Origin: Desulfatiglandales bacterium
GTDB lineage: Bacteria > Desulfobacterota > DSM-4660 > Desulfatiglandales > Desulfatiglandaceae
DNA: 64,000 nucleotides
Direction: 5' to 3'
NCBI GenBank assembly: GCA_963662465.1
Contig: OY759599.1
Location: forward strand, 6,112,001 to 6,176,000
Each line of letters starts with the position of its first letter. Position 1 is the stretch's first letter. This document shows, in pieces, positions 58,461 through 64,000 of this stretch. A program made the translations under genes and the position numbers. The notes under the pieces are model-generated. The model worked only from the letters and a program-made list of their open reading frames with translations, was not told where the DNA came from and made no database searches.

Positions 58461-59216
58461 TTAGGATCGCTTTTTTTCCAGGTGAAAATCCTTGTTCAGA
58501 AGAAGACGCCCTGTCCCGTCGTAAACCAAAATCTTGAGTCCCGAAGGCATTTTTTCAGGGGCCTCAAAAGACCATCGGGCGCGGAGTCGGCGAAAATTTC
58601 TTATTTTGAAGGCCTGACCTTTTTTAGGATCAATGGGAAGCCCATCTTTAAAAATCGTTTTGGGGGAAGAGTACATCCGTGGTGGATCCGCCTCGTTGTC
58701 CACGGCAATGACGAAAATATACCCACGGATGGGTGAAAGAGCGGACTTTGACCGGATAAGTTTGAACGTAACCGACAAATTGGCGTCTCGACGATTTGTT
58801 TTCAATTCCTCAATGTTGACAATGGCTTTCCGTGCGTCTGCTTCCGATGCTTTCAAGACCGTTTTATCGCTGCCGGTTTGCACCCCATTTTCAATCGGTA
58901 TTTTTGTGGGGTCGATGTAATTTTCCAGGAACCGCAAACGCTGTCTGGTTTGATAGAGGGCTCTTTTGGTCTCCTTGAAATCTTTCTCAAGACGCCCCCG
59001 GAAACTTTTCTGCTGTTGCTCGCTCAAATAGTGCGCAACCCAGACAAAGGAGAACAGGAAATTGAGTACAATAACAACCACAATCCCAACCAGGAGTGGA
59101 AAATGAATATTGAAGCTCCATACTTTTCCGAGACCTTTTGATGCCATTATGGCAACGTTGTTCAACTCGGGCGGTTTCTTTTTTTTGAAAGATAGTTTGT
59201 TTTGAAAAGAACTCAT
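58461..59216 (-). CDS. Hypothetical single-TM coiled-coil protein
   Basis: TM segment followed by a coiled coil; start uncertain. Confidence 0.6.
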   Translation of the reverse strand: MSSFQNKLSFKKKKPPELNNVAIMASKGLGKVWSFNIHFPLLVGIVVVIVLNFLFSFVWVAHYLSEQQQKSFRGRLEKDFKETKRALYQTRQRLRFLENYIDPTKIPIENGVQTGSDKTVLKASEADARKAIVNIEELKTNRRDANLSVTFKLIRSKSALSPIRGYIFVIAVDNEADPPRMYSSPKTIFKDGLPIDPKKGQAFKIRNFRRLRARWSFEAPEKMPSGLKILVYDGTGRLLLNKDFHLEKKRS

Positions 59217-59337
59217 GGCCGTTTTAATCCTTCGTAAACAAGAAAAGGGTTGCATTAAGGGTTGCGCAGGTTTACCAAAATAGAAATGCGATTTCAAGGA
59301 GACAGCGTCCTTGTCTGATTTTGAGGATAATTAATAC

Positions 59338-60591
59338 GTGAAACCCCATGGCAGCGCCAAAAAAATGGAACCCCCGCAACACCGAACGTCGCACACGGCG
59401 ACGGGCCAAGATAAGACCAAATTCACTTCATTTCTGGGTCCGATTCTCTTTTTAGCCAATATTTTTTTCCTGAACTTCATATCCAGAATCATTTTTGCGC
59501 CATTACTGCCCAGTATTCAGGAAGATCTGGGCCTGGCTCACGTCGAAGCCGCTTCCCTGTTTCTGTTTATCAGCATCGGATATGCCGTCTCTCTCCTGGG
59601 TTCCGGCTTTGTTTCCTGTCGTCTTCAGCACCGGAAAACCATTGTTTTGTCAGCCATAACCGTTGGGGTATCGCTTATCGGCATCGCTTTCGGCAACAGC
59701 ATCTGGATGATTCGGGGAGGATTGCTTTTTCTGGGATTGGCGTCAGGTCTCTATCTCCCTTCAGGCCTTGCCTCCTTAACCACGTTGGTTAAAGTGGAAC
59801 ACTGGGGAAAAGCCATCGCCACCCACGAATTGGCGCCGAATTTGAGCTTTTTTGCCGCGCCCCTGCTGGCTGAGGGCCTGATGATGTGGTTTTCCTGGCG
59901 AGGCGTATTGGGTTTCCTCGGCGTCTGGTCCATTATGACGGGGGTCCTTTTTCATTTTTTTGGAAAAGGGGGCGATTTTTCCGGCGAAGCCCCGAATTTC
60001 ATGTCCCTCAAAACCCTTTTTTCCCAAAAATCATTCTGGATCATGATGGTTTTGTTTTCTTATGGCATCTGCGCCACCATGGGCATTTATACCATGCTTC
60101 CCCTTTTTCTGGTGGCCCAACACGGATTGGAGCGGAACTGGGCCAACACCCTGGTGGCATTGTCAAGGATATCCGGCCTGTTTATGGCCTTCCTTGCCGG
60201 CTGGGCAACCGATCGGGTCGGGGCCAGACTCACCATGAGCGGCGTTTTTCTGATTGCGGGGTTGACAACCATTCTTCTGGGCATCCTGACGGGATCATGG
60301 CTGGTGACAATGGTGTTTTTACAGCCGGTGATGGCCGTCTGCTTTTTTCCGCCGGGTTTTGCGGCGCTCTCCGCCATCGGTCCGCCCAACGCTCGAAACG
60401 TTGCCGTATCTCTCACGGTGCCCGCGGCCTTTCTGCTCGGGGGAGGCGCCATTCCCCTCGGTATCGGCATGATGGGCGATGCGGGTTTCTTTTCCCTTGG
60501 GATTTCCGCTGCCGGAGGGTTGATCCTTTCGGGGGCGATCCTGGCGCTCTTCTATAAGCCGGGGCGTGTGAAGACCGTTGTTTCTCCTTGA
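59338..60591 (+). CDS. MFS transporter
   Basis: About 12 hydrophobic segments; GWATDRVGAR motif A. Confidence 0.9.
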   Translation: MKPHGSAKKMEPPQHRTSHTATGQDKTKFTSFLGPILFLANIFFLNFISRIIFAPLLPSIQEDLGLAHVEAASLFLFISIGYAVSLLGSGFVSCRLQHRKTIVLSAITVGVSLIGIAFGNSIWMIRGGLLFLGLASGLYLPSGLASLTTLVKVEHWGKAIATHELAPNLSFFAAPLLAEGLMMWFSWRGVLGFLGVWSIMTGVLFHFFGKGGDFSGEAPNFMSLKTLFSQKSFWIMMVLFSYGICATMGIYTMLPLFLVAQHGLERNWANTLVALSRISGLFMAFLAGWATDRVGARLTMSGVFLIAGLTTILLGILTGSWLVTMVFLQPVMAVCFFPPGFAALSAIGPPNARNVAVSLTVPAAFLLGGGAIPLGIGMMGDAGFFSLGISAAGGLILSGAILALFYKPGRVKTVVSP

Positions 60592-60732
60592 CCCGCCAAG
60601 GATCATTGCCTATAATTCGTTGTTGTTCAATTATTGGCCCAAGGATTGTAAACACTGGAGATTTATAGGCCCGCCAACAGGTTGGCCAGGGCTTCGGTGT
60701 TTGTCTTAAGAACGTATGACTTGGAGGTTATA

Positions 60733-61899
60733 ATGGGTAAAGTAGGAATTATCGGAGTTGGCCAAAGCGCTTTCGTGCGCGGATATCCCGGGTCCATCAG
60801 GGAACTTGCCTTTGAAGGATTTAGAGAGGCCATGCAGGACGCTCAAATTTCAAATAAGGATATTGATGCGTCGATCATTTGTTCATCCCCGGAATACGAC
60901 AAGCAGCGATCGCCCGCCGGGGTTTTAGCGGAATACCTGGGGCTTACGCCGCAGCCCACCTGTTATCTGGAAAGCCTGTGTTCTTCCAGCAGCATGGGAT
61001 TGAAGTTTGCTTATTCACTGGTTAAATCCGGTCTTCACGATGTCGTCGCCGTGGTGGGTTTTCAGAAGATGTCGGAAATATCGTCAGCCGAAAGTCAAGA
61101 GCGGATGGGCCGGGGCGCGGACATTCAGTGGGAGAGTCCCTTCGGCACCATGATGCCGGCATACTATGCCATGTATGCCAAACGGCATATGGCGGAGTAC
61201 GGCACCACCCCCGAGGATCTGGCGCTCATTCGCGTCAAAGCCGCCAGCTACGGTCAGCTCAACGAAAAAGCCGTGTATCGCAAACCCGTAACTTTAGAGA
61301 TGTTTTCAGATTCCAATAGCCCCATGTCGGGTCCCGTGGCGTCCCCTCTCAGGGTCGGGGATTGTTGCGCCAATGCGGATGGCAGTTCATGCGTCATCGT
61401 TGCCAGCGAGGAAAGGGCAAAGGCCCTCTGCAAGAAGCCGGTGTGGATACTGGGTGTGGGAGCGGCTTCCACCGCCGTCAACCTGGCGGGGAGAGATCTG
61501 TTCTCGGGGCTTACGGTTGCCAAGGAATCGGCGGCGCAGGCCTACAAAATGGCCGGCATTACCGCAAAGGATGTGGATGTGGCGGAAGTCCACGATTGTT
61601 TCACCATCGCCGAGATGATGGCCTATGAAAACTTAGGCTTTGCAAAACCCGGCGAGGGAAAAGAGCTGATCCGGGCAAAAGAAACCTACAAAGAGGGGAG
61701 CATCCCGGTCAATGTTGACGGCGGCCTGCTGTCCAAGGGTCATCCCATCGGCGCCACCGGCGGTTCACAGATCAGAACCATTGTACGTCAGTTGCGCGGG
61801 GAGGCCGGCGACATTCAGGTCAAAGATCCGGAGATCGGACTGGTTCACAACATCGGTGGTGTGGGCCTGTACGGAAACGTCAGCATTTTTGGGAGGTAA
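60733..61899 (+). CDS. SCP-x/archaeal-type thiolase
   Basis: ESLCSS, EVHDCF, GHPIGATG, HNIGG. Confidence 0.88.
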   Translation: MGKVGIIGVGQSAFVRGYPGSIRELAFEGFREAMQDAQISNKDIDASIICSSPEYDKQRSPAGVLAEYLGLTPQPTCYLESLCSSSSMGLKFAYSLVKSGLHDVVAVVGFQKMSEISSAESQERMGRGADIQWESPFGTMMPAYYAMYAKRHMAEYGTTPEDLALIRVKAASYGQLNEKAVYRKPVTLEMFSDSNSPMSGPVASPLRVGDCCANADGSSCVIVASEERAKALCKKPVWILGVGAASTAVNLAGRDLFSGLTVAKESAAQAYKMAGITAKDVDVAEVHDCFTIAEMMAYENLGFAKPGEGKELIRAKETYKEGSIPVNVDGGLLSKGHPIGATGGSQIRTIVRQLRGEAGDIQVKDPEIGLVHNIGGVGLYGNVSIFGR

Positions 61900-61903
61900 C
61901 ATC

Positions 61904-62338
61904 ATGGGAAAGAAAAGAGAAGTGGATGATCGATTTAAGAAATTCGGAACCGTGACTTTTACCGCCACCACAAAGGTCAATGACTTTATCACTCATCTGG
62001 AACAGGGAAAAGTCATGGGGACCCGGTGCAAGGAATGCGGCGAGGTTTATTTCCCGCCTCGGTCCGATTGCGCCAAATGCCTCTCCAGCGACATGGAATG
62101 GTTCGAGGTGTCCGGAAAAGGCAAGCTGGTGTCCTACAGCAAACTTGAATACGCGCCCATTGGATTCGGCGATGATCTTCCCTATTCCATTGCGCTGTTG
62201 GATTATGGCGACTACAAGGTTTTCGGCCGCATCGCTTCCGATGTGCCCGAACCGGAAATTCAGGTGGGTATGGAGATGACCACCCGGGCCAATACGCTGC
62301 CAAGCGGTCAGTTGAATTTCGTATTTCAAAAGGCTTAA
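61904..62338 (+). CDS. DUF35 Zn-ribbon/OB-fold protein
   Basis: CKECG..PPRSDCAKC, GKGKLVSYS. Confidence 0.9.
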   Translation: MGKKREVDDRFKKFGTVTFTATTKVNDFITHLEQGKVMGTRCKECGEVYFPPRSDCAKCLSSDMEWFEVSGKGKLVSYSKLEYAPIGFGDDLPYSIALLDYGDYKVFGRIASDVPEPEIQVGMEMTTRANTLPSGQLNFVFQKA

Positions 62339-62453
62339 AGCGGCAAGCCGCGGTTTTAAGTTTTAGGTTTTAAGTTTCCTGTCAATGAGTTTCTTGTTTT
62401 TTGTGACGGATTTTCAGGAAATAAGATGCTAACATGCCCGGTTCCCGTTGTAA

Positions 62454-63380
62454 ATGCAGCGGGAATCGGGTACTAAACTGGAGAATGCCTTGGCCGTTTC
62501 CCACTGTGAAAATCCCGAGTGGCTGGAAATTGCCATCGATGCGGCGCCTGAGTTAAATGACCCTTTGAGCGCCTTTTTTTTTGATCTGGGCTGCACGGGC
62601 GTGGTGTGGGAAGATTTCGGCAACCGTACGCTCAAGGCGTATCTGCCCTTAGCGGAAAGCCCGGAGGATATTCAAAACCGGATCTCCATCTATCTGAATG
62701 ACCTGTCCTTGATCCACCCCCACCTTCCCCCACCCGGTTTTACGTTAACAAAAGTGGAAAACCAGGATTGGCAGCGAAACTGGCGGCGGTTTTTTCATCC
62801 GGTCCGCGTCACCCACCGGCTTTTGATCCTCCCGGTTTGGGAGAAGCCGGCGCCTCCCGTGGAAGGTGGGCATGTCATCCGAATCGATCCGGGTCCCGCC
62901 TTTGGAACGGGACAGCATTCCACCACCAAGATGTGCCTTCAAGCCATGGAATCTTTTGCGGTCGATGAATCTCAAAGTCTGCTGGATGTGGGCACGGGCA
63001 GCGGTATTCTGGCTATTTATGGCGCAAAACTGGGGTTCGGGAACATTGAGGCCATCGATATTGATCCCGAGGCGGTTCGCTGGGCCGAGCGGAACATCGG
63101 GTTAAACGGCGCAACCAGCGCCATAACCCTTTCTTCAAAGGGAATTGAAGAAATAGAGGACCGGTTTTCCATGGTTTGCGCAAACCTTATCCTGGGAGAA
63201 CTCCTGCACTTGATGCCCGTTCTTACCAGGCTTATCGAACCCCATGGACGATTGGTGATATCGGGACTTCTGAGAGATCAGGTGGAACGAATTAACGCGC
63301 CCCCTTCCGCGGAACTCCACCCCATGGATATCCTTTATGATGAAGAATGGGCCTGCATGATTTTTGGGAAGAATCCGTGA
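62454..63380 (+). CDS. prmA: Ribosomal protein L11 methyltransferase
   Basis: DPGPAFGTGQHSTT, LDVGTGSGIL; start uncertain. Confidence 0.93.
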   Translation: MQRESGTKLENALAVSHCENPEWLEIAIDAAPELNDPLSAFFFDLGCTGVVWEDFGNRTLKAYLPLAESPEDIQNRISIYLNDLSLIHPHLPPPGFTLTKVENQDWQRNWRRFFHPVRVTHRLLILPVWEKPAPPVEGGHVIRIDPGPAFGTGQHSTTKMCLQAMESFAVDESQSLLDVGTGSGILAIYGAKLGFGNIEAIDIDPEAVRWAERNIGLNGATSAITLSSKGIEEIEDRFSMVCANLILGELLHLMPVLTRLIEPHGRLVISGLLRDQVERINAPPSAELHPMDILYDEEWACMIFGKNP

Positions 63381-64000
63381 ATAACATTCGGCTAAGGCGT
63401 TTTCTGGTTGAAGATCTTACAATTCATGAAGGCGCCTGTATCATTGCGGGGGGAGAAGCAAAACACATTTCAAAAGTCCTTCGAATGGTCCGGGGCGACC
63501 CCCTGATCCTCATGGACGGGAAAGGCGCCTGTTTTCTGGCTGAGATTTCATTTGTTTCGCATAACGAGGTCACAGTCGAAATCAAAAAAACCCTCCCCGC
63601 CGCCCCCCCCTCCCCCATAGACATTACCCTGTGTCAGGCGGTGATCAAATCAGGTCCCATGGATTACCTGATTCAAAAGACCTCCGAACTGGGCGTTAAC
63701 AGGATCTGCCCCTTCATCAGCTCCCGAACGGTGGTTCATTTTCAATCGGACAAACAGCAAAAAAAACTGAAGCGGTGGAAAGAAATCGCTCACAGCGCCG
63801 CAAAACAATGCAACAGGGCCATCCCCGCGAAAATCACACCCACGCAAACCTTTAAAGCGCAGCTTGCCAACCTTGAATCGGAACCGGGGATAAAGGCGAT
63901 TCTGTGGGAGGGAGAAACTGCCAGGGACCTCAAGGCATTGATTCAAAGTCATGAGCCCCGTGCCCAATTCATCGGCATGGTGGGCCCTGAAGGCGGGTTT
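63377..64000 (+). CDS. rsmE: 16S rRNA m3U1498 methyltransferase (partial, runs off the window)
   Basis: From GTG 63377: RRF..HISKVLRM..QKTSELGV..AAKQC..GPEGGF; not in the ORF track. Confidence 0.92.
   Translation, partial: MNNIRLRRFLVEDLTIHEGACIIAGGEAKHISKVLRMVRGDPLILMDGKGACFLAEISFVSHNEVTVEIKKTLPAAPPSPIDITLCQAVIKSGPMDYLIQKTSELGVNRICPFISSRTVVHFQSDKQQKKLKRWKEIAHSAAKQCNRAIPAKITPTQTFKAQLANLESEPGIKAILWEGETARDLKALIQSHEPRAQFIGMVGPEGGF

Overview
A chromosomal window whose gene content suggests an anaerobic deltaproteobacterium (Desulfobacterota; inferred). The housekeeping blocks are moeA/modE/mobB, tolQRAB, purC, two multiheme cytochromes, a peptide ABC transporter, a fadN-fadA-fadE operon, an M16 peptidase, a molybdopterin oxidoreductase, xseA, a histidine kinase, xerD, an RNB nuclease, an MFS transporter, thiolase/DUF35, prmA and rsmE. 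There are three tRNAs: Arg-CCG, Gln-CTG and fMet. Three accessory zones lie between these blocks. (1) About 6.5-18.5 kb is a decayed satellite/PICI-like element at tRNA-Arg. Its integrase is split by an intact 4725-bp IS21-like transposon (8-bp TSD, atypical CTT...AAG ends) that encodes a Zn-finger protein, an HTH protein and a ParB-like protein, the last translationally coupled to istAB. (2) About 20.4-22.7 kb holds a truncated integron integrase with an attI-like site, plus RAYT and DUF1016 debris. (3) About 50.3-51.8 kb is a related island remnant at tRNA-fMet. It shares an ~85-bp att arm with tRNA-Arg and carries two DUF1640 cassettes and a 155-bp MITE enclosing a REP doublet. Family assignments come from motifs recognised by eye; no database searches were run.
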